From Eledone cirrhosa (taxonomy: Eukaryota), in NCBI GenBank assembly GCA_964016885.1, contig OZ024764.1, positions 20,956,001 to 21,020,000 of the forward strand: 64,000 nt of DNA. Reading direction: 5' to 3'. Positions 41,783 through 60,181 of this stretch are shown one piece after another. Position 1 is the stretch's first letter. Every line of letters starts with the position of its first letter. Position numbers and translations under genes: made by a program. The notes under the pieces are model-generated. The model saw nothing but the letters and a program-made list of their open reading frames with translations. It was not told the DNA's origin and searched no databases.

Positions 41783-44700
41783 TATCATCATCATCATCAT
41801 CATCAACGTTTAACGTCCGTGTTCCACGCTTGCATGGGTTTGGACGGGGGTATTCCCACTTGAGGCAAGAGTGATTGTCTTGCTCGCATAGGACTGTCTG
41901 GCGGGTTTTCTACAGTTGGATGCCCTTCCTAACACCAACCACATTTACAGTATGGAACTGGGAAGTTTTTACCGTGTTACCTACACGGCCACATTACAGC
42001 GTGGACTGTGTGTTTTTTTGTCGTGACACCTACACGATCTCATTTGTTTCGGCCTGGATGGTGTGGCACCAACATAACTTTACATAGGAGGGGGTGGTGT
42101 GGATGGGGTGGTGGGGGGGGGGGGGGGGGGGGGTATTTTGTTAGAGATGCCTACTGGCTGTAGTAGGTTTTACTATGTATTTAGGCAAGGCTGGTCTTCT
42201 CTATTACTGAGTACCGCCAAAGGTCTCGGTCCAGTGACATCGTCTTGGAGAGGTGTAAGTGTGTGAGGTCGGAGTTTATCAGCTCGTCCCAGGATTTTCT
42301 AGGTCTGCCTATTCCCTGGCTACCGTCTATCTTTATTGCCCTGCACTTTGTTATACAGCTATCGACTTTCATGCGCATCACGTGTCCATACCACACGTAG
42401 CCTTCTCTCGAGTAAACAACATCTGATCCCTCTTATTTCTAATTTTTTCCTTAGTTCGTTTATGGTTTGCCGTTCGCGTATATTACTATTACACATCCAG
42501 CGGAGCATGCAAGCTTCGTTCCTCTCTAGTCTGCGTATATCCTCTGCACATAATGCCCAGGTCTCACTGCCATGCAACATTGCTGTTCGTATGCAGGCAT
42601 CATACAACCTGCCTTTCATTTTTAGGGAGAACCCTTTAGCGGCTAATAGTGGTATAAGCTCTCTGAACTTTTTCCATCCAGTTCTGACTCTAGCTACTGT
42701 ACTTTCAGAGCACCTTCCCCCACGTAACGGAAGCTGTCCACTATTTCTATAGAGCCCTCTGCGCAGTTGTAAGAGCTAGTATTTTGTGGGCACTCGCTGC
42801 TACTTATTGCACCAGAGCACCACCCACATGTAAAATCTATGTTCTTAGTTAGCTTACCTGTGATCCCACTACATCTTTTATGCACCCATATTTTGCATTT
42901 GGGACATAAAATGGAGTTTCTACCTACGCCTTTCCTACACACTGAGCATGGCCATTTCCCGGAAGGGACCGCCGCCTTATTTTCTTTCCTACAAACTAGA
43001 ACTTTAGTCTTAGCCAGGTTAATTTTAAGGCCTTTTGATTCTAGGCCGTGCTTCCATGTTTGGAATTTCTTCTCTAGCTCGGCCATTGATTCAGCTATGA
43101 GTGTCAGGTCGTCTGCGTATAGGAGTTCCCATGGGCAGCCGGTCTTGAACTCCTCTGTTATAGCCTGAAGGGCAATAATAAATAGTAGGGGGCTGAGAAC
43201 AGAGCCCTAATGGACGCCAACTTTTACGCTAAACTCTTCACTATATTCGTTAATTCTAACCTTGCTGGCTGTTTCTTTATACATGGCTTGTACAAGCCAT
43301 TCGTCGACACCTAGTTTTCTAAGGGCCCACCAGATAATGGAACGGGGGACTCTGTCGAAGGCTTTCTCCAAGTCAACAAAAGCTAAGTAGAGGGGTTTAC
43401 CTTTAGCTAGGTACTTCTCCTGTAGTTGACGTACAATGAAAAGAGCGTCTGTGGTACTTTTGCCTGACACAAACCCGAACTGCATTTCATCTAGGTCAAT
43501 TCTCTCTCTGATTAGTTGCGCTATTACTTTTTCCGTGACCTTCATGACCTGGTCGATTAATTTAATGCCTCTATAGTTACTCCTATCTAGGGCATCTCCT
43601 TTACCCTTATAACAGTTAACGATGATGCTGCTATGCCAGTCCTTCGGAACAACCCCATTCTGTACGACTTGGTTAACTATCCGGGTGACCATGGTGTGTC
43701 CCACCGTACCAGATGCCTTCAGCATCTCAGCAACTATTTCCGAAGGCCCAGCCACCTTACCCGTCTTCATATCCTTGATTGCCTTACTTATTATACTACC
43801 CTGGACTAACACTGCTGGTCCCTCTATTGGGTCGATATGGGGGAGACTGTCTTTCTCCCATTTATTCTCCTCATTTAGTAGCCTTTCATAGTGACACTTC
43901 CAAGCTACCTTCTTATCAGCGTCGGTGATGGCAAGTACGCCGTCATCATTAAGTACACACTTCTCCCCGACAATATCACGGTTTTCCTTGACACATTGCC
44001 TAGCAATCCTGAACACCTCACGTTTTTGGTCCTCGCGTTGTAGAACATGCTTGAACTTTCTTTCCTCTGCTTCCCTTCTTGCAAAGTACACTTGTCTCCT
44101 AGCTTCCCTCCTGGCCACTTGATAGTCTTCTCTACTTCCCCCATCTCGCCATACTTTCCAAGCCTGCTTTTTGGCCTTAATTGACCCCTCCACCTTACTG
44201 TTCCACCACCATGTTACTCTCCTCCTGCCTACACGCCTGCTCCAGCCACAGACTTCGTCTGTCGCCATCAGCAGGTTTGCTTTCAGAAATTCCCACTGTC
44301 CCTCTATATTGTCCGACTCTAAATGCTCTTCCTTACTGTCGAAAGCATCAAGTAATATGCTTTGAAATTTATTTCTGGCTGTGGGGTCCTTTAGCTTCCA
44401 TATTTTTCTCCTGAGGATAGTCCTCTTCTGTTGTCGAGTACGTCTCGTCCTGACTATGAGGTCGCTAATTATCAGTCTATGTTGGGAGGTGTATTCTTCA
44501 TGGGGGAGGGATTTAGTGTTTACAACAGACACTCTGTCACGTCTTCTGGTAAGGATATAATCTACCTGGCTTGTGTGTTCCCCGGATCTATATGTGATCA
44601 GGTGATTGTCACGTTTTTTGAAGTTAGTGTTACAGATAGTTAGGTTATTTGCGTCACAGAATTCCAGGATTCTGGAGCCTTCCTCATTTCTAGTACCAAA

Positions 44701-45155
44701 CCCATAGCCTCCATGGACTTCGTCGTAGCCGTCACAATGTTGTCCAACGTGACCATTTAGGTCGCCTGCAATAATTATATAGTCACTGTCGGTTATTTGG
44801 GAGGTAGTGAGCATCAGTGTCTCATAGAATCTGTCTTTTATAGTGCCGGGCAGACCGGATTGGGGTGCGTACGCAGATATTACTGTCACCCTAGTTCTAT
44901 TGAGGACAAGTCTTATTTTAATTATTCTGTCGTTCACTCTATTTACGTCTATTATCTTATCTGCCCACTTTTCTGCTACCATGATTCCTACTCCACCCAG
45001 CCCATCGTCGTTTCCCACCCAGAAAAGCTTATAGCATCGTTCTTTACCCACGATGAATCTAGCAGACCCACCCCTCCACCTGGTCTCTTGAATACAACAA
45101 ATATCGACCTCCTTACGTTCAAGCATTTCTACAACCTCGTTAGCGCGACCCTTTA
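41783..45155 (-). mobile_element. RTE-clade LINE, near full-length ORF, young
   Basis: (CAT)n tail at 41783-41804, 3' UTR to about 42180. A 639-aa APE-RT ORF (43207-45126) stops at CAG>TAG in GVHQGS, then LYADD and a Cys/His finger; small lesions near 42720 and 42390. Confidence 0.95.
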
Positions 45156-45535
45156 AGACAACCTAGAGAAAAGGGTAGAGATAGTAAAATATCACCGTTA
45201 AATATAAGATCTAGAGGGACTGTGAGAGAGGTACAAGACAACCTAAATAAAGGGTAGAGATAATAAAAGATCTTCCTGTTAAATATAAGATCTAGAAAGA
45301 CTGTGAGAGAGGTACAAGACAACTTAGAGAAGAGGGTAGGGATAGTAAAAGATCTCCCTGTTAAATATAAGATCTAGAGGGACTGTGAGAGAGGTACAAC
45401 ACCACCTAGAGAAAAGGGTAGGGATAGTAAAAGATCTCCCTGTTAAATATAAGATCTAGAGGGACTGTGAGAGAGGTACAAGACAACTTAGAGAAGAGGG
45501 TAGGGATAGTAAAAGATCTCCCTGTTAAATATAAA
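45156..45535. repeat. 82-bp minisatellite, about 4.7 units
   Basis: Same unit as 34345-34912. Confidence 0.9.
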
Positions 45536-46223
45536 TTCAGAGATGTTCTACATGATACATATAAGGAGGAGGAGATTGATAGCTATGACATAGAAGATAT
45601 CTGGAAGTTTCTTTCTGACAGCCTGTTGTGAACCACTGATGAGATCTGTAGTTGATGTAAGCTGCCAGCCAGATGAATGTTGCCTTGGTGATGGAATAGT
45701 ACAGTAGATAGAACGGACGTAAAACGGTGATGATGATGATGATAATGATAGATGTTGAAATCTAAAACACCTGAAGAGACAGGAGGGGAACAACAATATC
45801 AAATAGTTAAAATGGAAGCTAGATATTAGGCTTACAAGTTATTGATTTCTCTTGTTATTGTTAAAATCTGTTTAATCTGTGATATTTGAGACAATGTACA
45901 GGACAATAGAATTAATATCAATGTCTGACTAGCAACAACAAAAGTTTTCATTTTATTGGCAGGTTTAAATTACAGAAGTTCCCAACCTTTACTAAAAATT
46001 CAAATATATATCTTACCTGTTAAAGTATAATAAATGAAAGTTTAATGTGAAAAACTTTAATTTACACAAAATCTTCAAACACTGCTTCAAAAATGGAAAC
46101 CTGGTGTTTATGGTCCCTGTCCTAGGTAAAACCTACAAGGTTAACCCCAGTTTTAGCCAGGATGATGGATCTACATATTGGTTGTTGTTGTAGTATGATG
46201 TAATGAGTTTGATATTGACACAG

Positions 46224-49010
<2,787 letters not shown>

Positions 49011-50076
49011 TCACATTGATATGGCTTCTCTCCTGTATGAATACGTTTGTGAGTAGTTAGGTGATGACTACAAGTGAATGATTTACCACAGATATCACAA
49101 TAATGTGGGTTTTCTCCTGTATGAATACGTTTGTGAGTAGTTAGGTTATTATTTTCAGAGAACGTTTTACCACAGATATCACAGTGATATGGTTTCTCTC
49201 CTGTATGAATACGTTTGTGAGTAGTTAGGTGATTACTCTGAGAGAATGATTTGCCACAGATATCACAGTGATATGGCTTCTCTCCTGTATGAATACGATG
49301 GTGTTTAGTTAGGTGATGACTACAAGTGAATGATTTACCACAGATATCACAATGATATGGGTTCTCTCCTGTATGAATACGTTTGTGAGTAGTTAGGTGA
49401 TTACTCTGAGAGAATGATTTGCCACAGATATCACAGTGATATGGGTTCTCTCCTGTATGAATACGTCTGTGATTAGTTAGGTGATTACTACGAGAGAATG
49501 ATTTACCACAGATATCACACTGATATGGCTTCTCTTCTGTATGTATACGTTGGTGTTTAACAAAGCTACTTCTGTAAGAGAATGATTTACTACATATATC
49601 ACAGTGATATGGCTCCTCTCCTGTACCAATACACTTATGAATAGTTAAGGTATAAGTTTGAGAAAATGACTTATCACAGATATCACACTGATATAGTTTC
49701 TCTCCTGTATGAATACGTTTATGTCTAGTTAATTTATTATTTTTAGAGAATGATTTACCACAGACATCACAGTGGAATGGTGATTTTACTATATTTTTCG
49801 ACATATCTCATAAAAGATATCAATCACCTCAGTTTCTCACATAATTCACAGTTTTAATATTTTTCTCCTCGCAATATATGGATATTTTTCTTCTTTATGT
49901 TTATAATATTATTCCTAAAACATATTCCTCCAGATATATTTCCATCAACTTTGGTCTTTCTTTATATTTAAAGATGATACAAACTGTTTTGTAGATCTCT
50001 TCAAGTTTAATATACATATAAAATCATTTTGTACATATTCCAGACAGTGAAGAATCTAATTTTTCTTGTCTTCATT

Positions 50077-52289
50077 TAATAATAATAATAATGAAATTAT
50101 TGTGTACAGTGCTCAGGTGCACTACAACTCATCAAAGGTGCATGTATAGTACATAGAATAATGTACAAATGTCAGGAAAATAAACAGTGTATGAGTCATG
50201 ATATAATAACAATAACAATAATGAAATATTGTGTACAGTGCCCAGGTGCACCACAACTCATCAAAAAAGCGCATGTACAGTACATAGGGCAATGCACAAA
50301 CATCAGTAAAATGAACAGTGCACGAGTCATGATACACACATGTGTGCACGTGTATGGAAGGGGTACATCAGGTGTAGTTTTGGCGTATTTCGGGAAGCAT
50401 GAGTGTCTTAAAGGATGCAGTGTCTCGGCAGCTAACAATTGACGCAGGCAGTTTGTTCCATGCTTCAGCAACTCTGAGCGTGAAAAAATGTCTGCGAAAG
50501 TCATGGGAGCTGTGCTGTTTTCTTATCTTGTAGGCATGTCCACGTGTGTTAGACACATGGAGATCAAAGAGGCGCTCAGGGTTGCAATTAGCGAGATGGT
50601 TAAAAACTTTGTGGGTATTCACCAAGTCCATTGCCAGACGTCGGAGCTTCAGTGAATCCATGCCCAGAGAAGCAAGGCGTTCAGAGTATGGTAGGTGTCT
50701 GATGGAGGGTATGCGCTTGGTTGCACGTCTCTGAACAGTTTCCAGGAGGTCAATGTTCCGAGCAAGATAGGGGTTCCAGACTGATGATGTGAATTCCAAG
50801 TGTGGTCGCACCATAGCTGTATACAGTTTTAAATAGATGGCTGGAGAGCGGCTAACAAGGTCTTGCTGAGTGATGCCAAGACACCCTCGGCCTTCTTGAC
50901 AATCTTAGAGACATGCTTTGTCCAACGCAAATCGTTGCTGACAGTAATGCCCAGGTCACGTTCACAAGAGGACTTTTTGATGTCAGTGTTGTGGAGGGAG
51001 TATGTGGATGCTGGATTTTTCCTTCCAAAATGCATGGTGGTACACTTGTCCACAGCCAGCTTCAGTTGCCAGTCTGTGATCCATTGCTGCATTGTGTCCA
51101 GGTCTGATTGTAGGAAAGAGTTGTAAATTTCAGGATCAGTCCTTTTGATTTCAAGGTACAGCTTGATGTCATCTGCATATTTTAGTACCGTGGCATTCTG
51201 TAAGTTGGCATCTATGTCATTAATATATGCCACAAACAAAAGAGGACCAAGAACAGATCCCTGTGGTACACCAGATGACATCTCATATGGTGAAGAATGC
51301 TGTCCTAGAACCGTGACTACTTCCTTTCGGCTGAAAATGAAGGATTTCAGCCAGTCGAAAAGATCATCCCTCACACCCATTGCAGAGAGTTTTGCCATAA
51401 GTCTTTTGTGTGGCACAGAATTAAAAGCCTTAGCAAACTCAAGGTAAACAACATCCACCCATGAGCCGCTGTCAGTGATCCGGGTGATGTCCTCAAGGAA
51501 CTCGATAAGCTGATCATAGCAGCTGGAGTTAGGGATAAATCCAAACTGTGAGGGCCGGATGAGGCTGTGAGAGCTCCAGAAGTTCCAAAGTGTTTCTCTG
51601 ACACAGGATTCCATCAGTTTGGCCATACAGCTAGTAAGACTGACTGGACGATAGTTGACAGGTGACATGCGGTTGCCCTTTTTGAACAGGGGAATGACAC
51701 TGGCAGTTTTCCACTGCTCCGGAGTAGCACCATTGCTGAGACAGTATTGAAAGAAAAAAGAAAGCTGGCGCAAAAGGAAATACCCGCCACGTTTGAGAAG
51801 CAGGTATGTAACACCATCAAGACCAGGGGAGGCATAGTTGCGCTTATTCTTAAGGTGACGTCGTAACATTGCAGGTGTAAATTCCATAGTTGTTATGGAA
51901 TTTGATGTTAGAGATGGTGGAGATGGTACATTCTGGTTTTCAACAGTAAAAATACTTGCATAGCACTCAGCAATGAGTTCTGCGCATTCCTTGGGACTGT
52001 CAGTGATCTGGCTTGTGTGGGGATTGCGAAGAGGACCAACTGGAGAGTGAGGTCTCTGCTTTGAATGAACATATTTCCAGAACACCTTACTGTCAGGATT
52101 GGTTGCGATGCACTGTTCAAATTCAAGCACTGCCTTCTTTGTCACTTGCTTGAGATGGTTAGAAGATTTATTCCGCTTTTTTCTGTTGGCATCTGATCTA
52201 TGCAGTTTATATTCCCGTTCAGCGTTCCGACGTTCTTTCCTGGCAAGTCGGACCGCTGAAGTTTCCCAGATTGCACTTTTGGGGTGGTT
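50077..52289 (-). mobile_element. CR1/L2-group LINE, 5'-truncated, nearly intact RT
   Basis: NYRPVSLTS, QFGF, FAKAFNSVPH, GVPQGSVLGPLLF, YADD, ERDLGI; after one frameshift VRPHLEF..VWNP, LETVQRRATK, TRGH..K, FFTLRV..WNKLP; (ATT)n tail. Confidence 0.92.
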
Positions 52290-53744
52290 ATTTTGTAAAG
52301 TAATGTCTTGTAAAAACAGCTGAAATTGTCCAGAGAAAGCAGAGTTATTCAAAGACATTTCATTAACCAGGAACACTGTTGCTGAACAGATTAATGAAAT
52401 GTCAGGTGATCTGAAACAACAGTTAAAGCCTGTATCATCAAGGTTTGAACATGTTTCTATTGCTATTGAAGAGACTGTTGACATCACTGGAATAGTACAG
52501 CTTGCATTTTTCATCAGGGCCTGTGACTGTGAATTTAATATTTATGAAGAACTGATTGAACTGGTCCCCATGCGTGACACTATAACAAGCCAGGACATCT
52601 TTGAGAAGGTCAAGAAGGGTCTGCATGGTTTTGATCTGAGTAAACTTGCATGTTTATCTACTGACAGTGCTGCAAATATGGTTGGTAGACATAATGGTGT
52701 TGCTGCAAAGTTACAAACAAAAATAGAAAACTCATATCTAGATTCATCATTTGCACATTTTCACTGTATTATTCATCAGCAAAATTTATGTTCAAAGATT
52801 TTAAAATTGCATCATGTGCTTAGCTTGGTCACAAAGACAGTGAACTAAATCAGAGGCCGTGCTCTCAACCACCATCAGTTCAGCCAGTTGTTGGAAGATA
52901 TGGATAATCAGTTCACCGAAGTTCCATTCTACACAGAAGTCTGCTGGTTGACATGTCACAAAGTGCTGAAAAGATTCTATTTGTTGAAATAATTATGTTT
53001 TTGGAGATGAAAGGTCAAAACACAGATGAAATAAAAGATGAAAGTTGGCTCCAACATCTGGCTTTATTTGTGGATATTACTGCACAATTAACTGATCTTA
53101 ATTTGAAATTACAAGGTAAAAACAAACCCATCACTCAGTTGTATGATGACATCAAGTTCTTCATTAGAAAACTTAGCTTATGGAAGTCTCCGTTGTCAGA
53201 TGAAAATTTAATTCATTTTCTGATGTGCAAAGAGCTGAAAATCACTGCCAATACTGAGTCTGTACTTATCTTAACAAAAACTTCTCAGAGAACAAGGCTG
53301 ACTGATCAACACTTGTCATCTGATCAAAGTTGGAACTGTACAGACATTTCAGCCAGACATACCAAACATTGTCAACAGAAAGAAGTGTCAAGCCTCAGCA
53401 CAAAACACTAAAAATGGTTGAATAGTAGCAAATAAATGTTCAGTTTTCAACTGTTGTTATTTGTGTACAATGTATTTGTTGCTGTTACAATCTGCAAGTA
53501 TATGTTGACATGTTAAATTTTAGTTTTTTGTCAAACTACTTCATTACTTTGTATTCATGAATGCTGCTAAAACATTTGTATGTAGGTTGTATGTTTCTAA
53601 ATTTAAGTAACAAATCTTTCTGTATTAAATTTTATGAAATGACATTAATTAGTTGTTGTGTACATAATTAGTTGTAGTGTGCAACCCTCAGACAACACAT
53701 GTGACCTATGTGGCCCTTGGGGAACCCTCAGTTTGTTATGCCTC
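52290..53744 (+). mobile_element. hAT transposon duplicate lacking its 5' part
   Basis: Near-identical to 7244-8698 with the same right flank. Confidence 0.88.
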
Positions 53745-54539
53745 ACATACATCATAAACACACCCAACACAGGCTGTAATGTGGTTGGTCATGTGAAGGA
53801 CATCTAGCCATAGAAAGCTGGCCCGACGATAGTATCGAAGAACCCTTCAATCATGACAAAGACATGACAACCTTTTCTGTGCACTCAGTAGCAAATGAGA
53901 CCTTATGTAAATAAGTCTCAGATTCTTGGTCTGTCTGGGAGATCAGTAGCCTCACTTCAGTACTTACTTGGTTGAATTAGACTCATTAAACCCTTGTTAG
54001 CAGGGAAATCTGATGTTGAATATGTAACCTCAACCTCTTCTTATCAACCCACTTATTCCAGAAAGGGTCTTGGGGGCAGAGTCCTCAAACACTCCCTTCA
54101 ACAGGTCCTGTCAGAAGCAACCCACTCCAACTTATGTGGCTGGATCTCCCAGAGAGACCAGCCAAGCTCATGGATGTTATGTGACCATCTTGCTCAGGTC
54201 TACCCCTGGGTCTCCTGCCAGTTAGTTTAGCCTGTAAAATCTATCCAGTGATTCTTTCCTCAGACATTCTAACCACATGGCCATAGTATTGCAGCTGTGA
54301 TCTCTCAAATAGGAGAAGTAACAGCTCCACCTGGAGTGTTCCTTCAAAGACCCTTCAGAGGAATCCCATATCTGCCATTTGTATTCCCAATCATATTATT
54401 TTGGTCATTACCCAAGATATGTGACCATAGGTAAGGGTTGGCACAAAAACCTAATTGAAGACAGCAAGTTTGGCTTTTATGCCTACCTCCCTTCTTCTGA
54501 TTACTGAATATTGGAGCTGGTGCATTACTGATATTTCAC

Positions 54540-55090
54540 TGCCCACACTGCAAAGTGGTTGGGTAGGAGATATGACAAAAAGCACCCAACCCACACTGTA
54601 AAGAACACACAGTCTACATTATAAGGTGGTCATGTAGGTGATATGACAAAAAAGAAACTAGCCCACACTGTAAAGAACACACAGCAAACACTATAAGCTG
54701 GTCATGGAGGTGATATGACAAAAAGTACCCAGCCCACACTGTAAAGTGGTCATGTAGGTGACAACAAAAAGTACCCAGCCAAAACTTTAAAATGGTCATG
54801 TTGGTGTCACAACAAAAAGTACCCAGTCCAAACTGTAAAGTGGTCATGTAGGTGACAACAAAAAGCACCCAATGCACACTGTAAAGTGGTCGTGATGGTG
54901 AGATGGTAAAATGCACCCAGTACTTAATGTAAATAAGGTTGGTGCTAGGAAGGGCATCCAGCTGTAGAAACCAATCCAAAATTTGTTCTGTAGAAGCAAC
55001 ACGTGATCACCTGACCTGGCCTTGCTTACAACAGGATAACTCGTCTAACCCATGCCAGTGTGAAAAAACTGATGTTAAACAGTAAATGAT
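54540..55090 (+). repeat. 71/48-bp minisatellite in an RTE-type 3' end (short version)
   Basis: Paralog of 9520-10521 with fewer units. Confidence 0.85.
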
Positions 55091-55494
55091 ATAACATTTG
55101 TTTAATAATGAATTCCAATCTCATTGTTAACAGCTATAGATGTCAGGACGTGAACCTTCTTACTGAAATATCTTCTCCATGTTAGTGGCTGAAGAAGATT
55201 TAGAAAACTTTCACACAATAACAGTATTCCCTAACTTCTCCCCTAAAAAATACAAGACAAGCAGGGGCAGACTTTTACCTACTGAAGCCCTAAGCTATAT
55301 AAAATTAGAGGTTCTTCTCTAAAAATATATAATTATCTTTTATATTAATGTTAATGATAAAGAATAAATAATATAATAAATATACCACCATAGGTGCTGA
55401 GGTGGCTAGCTGCTGGTGTGAGCCTCACGAGATGGAATGGCTCTTCCAGCCCATCTAGAACATGACCATGTAATATCTAGTATTTAGTAACAAA

Positions 55495-55860
55495 CTAGAC
55501 CACCCGCGACCTGTTGGGTCACGTTCCCTTAAAACTATTATTTTAAAATCATGTTCACTTTAAAATAATTTTCAAATAGTTAAAATATACAGACATATAT
55601 ATATATATATAGACACATTTTATTAAACAACACCAGCAGCTCTCTCTCTCTCTTCCATCTGTCTCCTCACTCTCACAACCACTATCTCTTTCTCTCCCTA
55701 TATTTATGAAGGTACCCAGAAAACCCCGTATCTTGGGAACCTGTGCTCCATTTTATACAAAATTGTTTTATTCCTTTCAGAGTATTTCCCCATTATGCAC
55801 TGTTTTAGCTGTATTAAATTACAGACAAGACACAATCACAGAGTTTTAGTAGTATATAGA
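55495..55860 (-). mobile_element. Non-autonomous Helitron duplicate
   Basis: Same termini and hairpin as 10927-11321. Confidence 0.7.
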
Positions 55861-56649
55861 TAATATAGCTTACATTTTAAAGTTAGTAAATGACAGTTTG
55901 GAGAAATCTGTAACATTTATTAAACATTCCTCAAGTTTGTCAATTCTATAGCACAATAGTTTGTTAATTAAAGTGTTTAGTTAGATGTTCTACATATAAA
56001 GAAGAGAGAATACTTTACCACAAATATTACAGTGGTATAATGATTTTCCCATCTCTTCTGGAAAATATTCCTATGTTGATGTAAATATTTCTATTGTTCA
56101 TAATTTTACCAAATGTGATCTTTGTCAATATCCAAATATTTTGAAAACTCCTTTGTAAATATCCAAAGTTTAATCAGAATGTAAAATCATCTTGTAAATA
56201 TTCCAGACAGTGAAAAAGGAATATGTTGTTATTTATCTCAATTCAGAAGAAATATTTCACCATAATTCACCACAGACTAAACAAGTTTATATCACTTGTA
56301 TGTAACATCTTTCTGTTGTCTTTAAAAGACTCTTTTCTGTCAAGGTCATGTGATATTCTGAAATAGTAGAGAAACATTATTAAGATATTTAGAAAGTAGA
56401 GATACAACAGTGAAAACTTTACTACATCTCTATATTAATAGATATAAACCTTACATGGTGACACAAACACTGCAACACTAACTTACAGGAAAACATCTAG
56501 TTACTTGATCTAGTTACTTCAATCAGGTGAAGAGATAAACTAGATTGACTTCATTCTCATCAGAAAACAGGATAGACAGATGGTTGGGAATATTAACTCC
56601 TTTACTGGAGAAGGACATACCACTCAACATAGACTAGATACTAGGTGTA

Positions 56650-57055
56650 AGATCTAGAGGGACTGACAGATACAAGACTATCTGGAGATAGAAGGGGTGG
56701 AGAGTAAAAGATCTCCCTGTTACATATAAGATCTAGAGGGACTGTGAGAGAGGTACAAGACAACCTAGAGAAAAGGGTAGGGATAGTAAAATATCTTCAT
56801 TAAATATAAGATCTAGAGGGACTGTGAGAGAGGTACAAGACAACCTAGAGAAAAGGGTAGAGACAGTAAAGAATCTCCCTGTTAAATATGATATATAGGG
56901 ACTGTGAGAGTGTAATAAGACAATCTAGAGGAAAGGGTAGGGACAGTAAAAGATCTCCCTGTTAAATATAAGATCTAGAGGGACTGTGAGAGAGGTACAA
57001 GACAATCTAGCAAAAGGGGTAAGGACAGTAAAAGATCTCCCTGTTAAATATAAAT
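56650..57055. repeat. 82-bp minisatellite, about 5 units
   Basis: Same unit as 34345-34912. Confidence 0.9.
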
Positions 57056-57236
57056 TCAGAGATGTTCTACATGATACATATGATAAGGAGGAAGAGATTG
57101 ATAGCTATGACATAGAAGATATCTGGAAGTTTCTTTCAGGCAGCCTGTTGTGAACCACTGATGAGATCTGTAGTTGATGTAAGCTGTCAGCCAGATGAAT
57201 GTTGCCTTGGTGATGGAATAGTACAGTAGATAGAAG

Positions 57237-57644
57237 CCGACCATATACAATTACACCTCTTAAAGGCAATGACACACGTCCGTGACCTCTGGCGTCATGC
57301 AGTAATACAGAGTACCCAACCTCCCATGGGTACAAGCTAAAGCATATAGACAATATGCCCCCCCAGCGCCCCGCGCAAGGTCGTCGTGCAGGTGCCACGG
57401 CAAAAAAGCACCCAGCCCACACTGTAAAGTGAACGTGTAGGCACCACGAAAAAGCACCCAGCACTCACTGTAAATGAGGTTGGTGTTAGGAAGGACATCC
57501 AGCTTTAGAAATCAAGCCAAATCAGTTCCTGTATGAGCAAGGCATGGTCAGCCAGCCAGACACTGCCCACAACACGACAATCCGTCTAACCAATGCTAGC
57601 GTGGAAGAACGGACGTAAAACGGTGATGATGATGATGATGATGA
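57237..57644 (+). mobile_element. 5'-truncated RTE-type 3' end insertion
   Basis: TSD GATAGAAG; reads LHLLKAMTHVRDLWRHAV; (GAT)n tail. Deleted derivatives at 23464-23566 and about 45711-45746; empty sites near 12290 and 35088. Confidence 0.8.
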
Positions 57645-58125
57645 TGATAGAAGTTGAAATCTAAAACACCTGAAGAGACAGGAGGGGAACAACAATATCA
57701 AATAGTTAAAATGGAAGCTAGATATTAGGCTTACAAGTCATTGATTTCTGTTGTTATTGTTAAAATCTGTTTAATCTGTGATATGTGAGACAATGTACAG
57801 GACAATAGAATTAATATCAATGTCTGACTAGCAACAACAAAAGTTTTCATTTTATTGGCAGGTTTAAATTACATAATGCCCAAACCTTTACTGAAAATAC
57901 AAATATATATCTTACCTGTTAAAGTATAATAAATGAAAGTTTAATGTGAAAAACTTCAGTTTACACAAAATCTTCAAACACTACTTCAAAAATGGAAACC
58001 TGGTGTTTATGATCCCTGTCCTAGGTAAAACCTACAAGGTTAACCCCAGTTTTAGCAAGGATGATGGATCTACACACTTGTTGTTGTTGTTGTAGTATGA
58101 TGTAATGAGTTTGATATTGATACAG

Positions 58126-58912
<787 letters not shown>

Positions 58913-59251
58913 TCAATCACCTCAGTTTCTCACATAATTCACAGCTTAATACTGAGAAATTTAGTTATATTACTAAATCACTTCAAAGTGTTGAGTGTTT
59001 TCAAAATTATTTGAAAATGATGGGTAGTGTCTTTCATTAGAAATGGTTAATGTTGAGGATATGTCTGATGTAACGTGCTCTTTAATGCCAATGTCCTCTG
59101 GTATTCTGAAATAATAAAAGAACAGTATAAGATACTCAGAAACTTGTAATACATCAGTACAAATTTCATATAATATTTCTACATTGATAAATGGACTGTA
59201 ATAAATACTAAGGCCTTCCTTGTTGAAGAATTTCCTGACTAACATAGGTTA

Positions 59252-59975
59252 GTTATTAGTGGTAGTAGATTAAACTGACTGATAAAAGTAGTTATTAGTG
59301 GTAGTAGATTATACTGACTGATAAAAGTAGTTATTAGTGGCAGTAGATTATACTGACAGATAAAAGTAGTTATTAGTGACATTAGATTAAACTGACTGAT
59401 AAAAGTAGTTATTAGTGGCAGTAGATTAAACTGACTGATAAAAGTAGTTATTAGTGACATTAGATTAAACTGACTGATAAAAGTAGTTATTAGTGACATT
59501 AGATTAAACTGACTGATAAAAGTAGTTATTAGTGACATTAGATTATACTGACAGATAAAAGTAGTTATTAGTGACATTAGATTATACTGACTGATAAAAG
59601 TAGTTATTAGTGACATTAGATTAAACTGACTGATAAAAGTAGTTATTAGTGACATTAGATTATACTGACTGATAAAAGTAGTTATTAGTGACATTAGATT
59701 ATACTGACTGATAAAAGTAGTTATTAGTGACATTAGATTATACTGACTGATAAAAGTAGTTATTAGTGACATTAGATTATACTGACTGATAAAAGTAGTT
59801 ATTAGTGACATTAGATTATACTGACTGATAAAAGTAGTTAATAGTGACATTAGATTATACTGACTGATAAAAGTAGTTATTAGTGACATTAGATTATACT
59901 GACTGATAAAAGTAGTTATTAGTGACATTAGATTATACTGACAGATAAAAGTAGTTATTAGTGACATTAGATTAA
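59252..59975. repeat. 39-bp minisatellite, about 18 units
   Basis: Same unit as 15513-16665, with GGTAGT/GGCAGT variant units at the left end. Confidence 0.96.
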
Positions 59976-60181
59976 CCCTTTAGTATTCACATTACTCTAT
60001 ATTTACTATTATATTTTCACAGTAAATGCTTTATCTCTCATAATGTCAAATCAGAGATTTTCATGTTATTTATTTTGAGAACAATACCTTAACATAAGTA
60101 TAAGTGACCAGTTAGGGCCAGTTTGAACAGAAAGATGTGGGAGAATTCTGGCCAGATATGGCCAGTTTATATACTAAAGGG
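59976..60181. mobile_element. piggyBac-type MITE duplicate
   Basis: TTAA TSDs and CCCTTTAGTAT TIRs. Confidence 0.8.

Noticed and set aside
42085-42135. G-rich tract with a ~20-G run as a functional G-quadruplex
   Set aside because: It is part of the RTE 3' UTR, the run is absent from sister copies, and homopolymer length is error-prone.
52290-52514. N-terminal extension of the 561-aa ORF 50829-52514
   Set aside because: It is antisense hAT sequence fused by chance to the LINE frame at a breakpoint.
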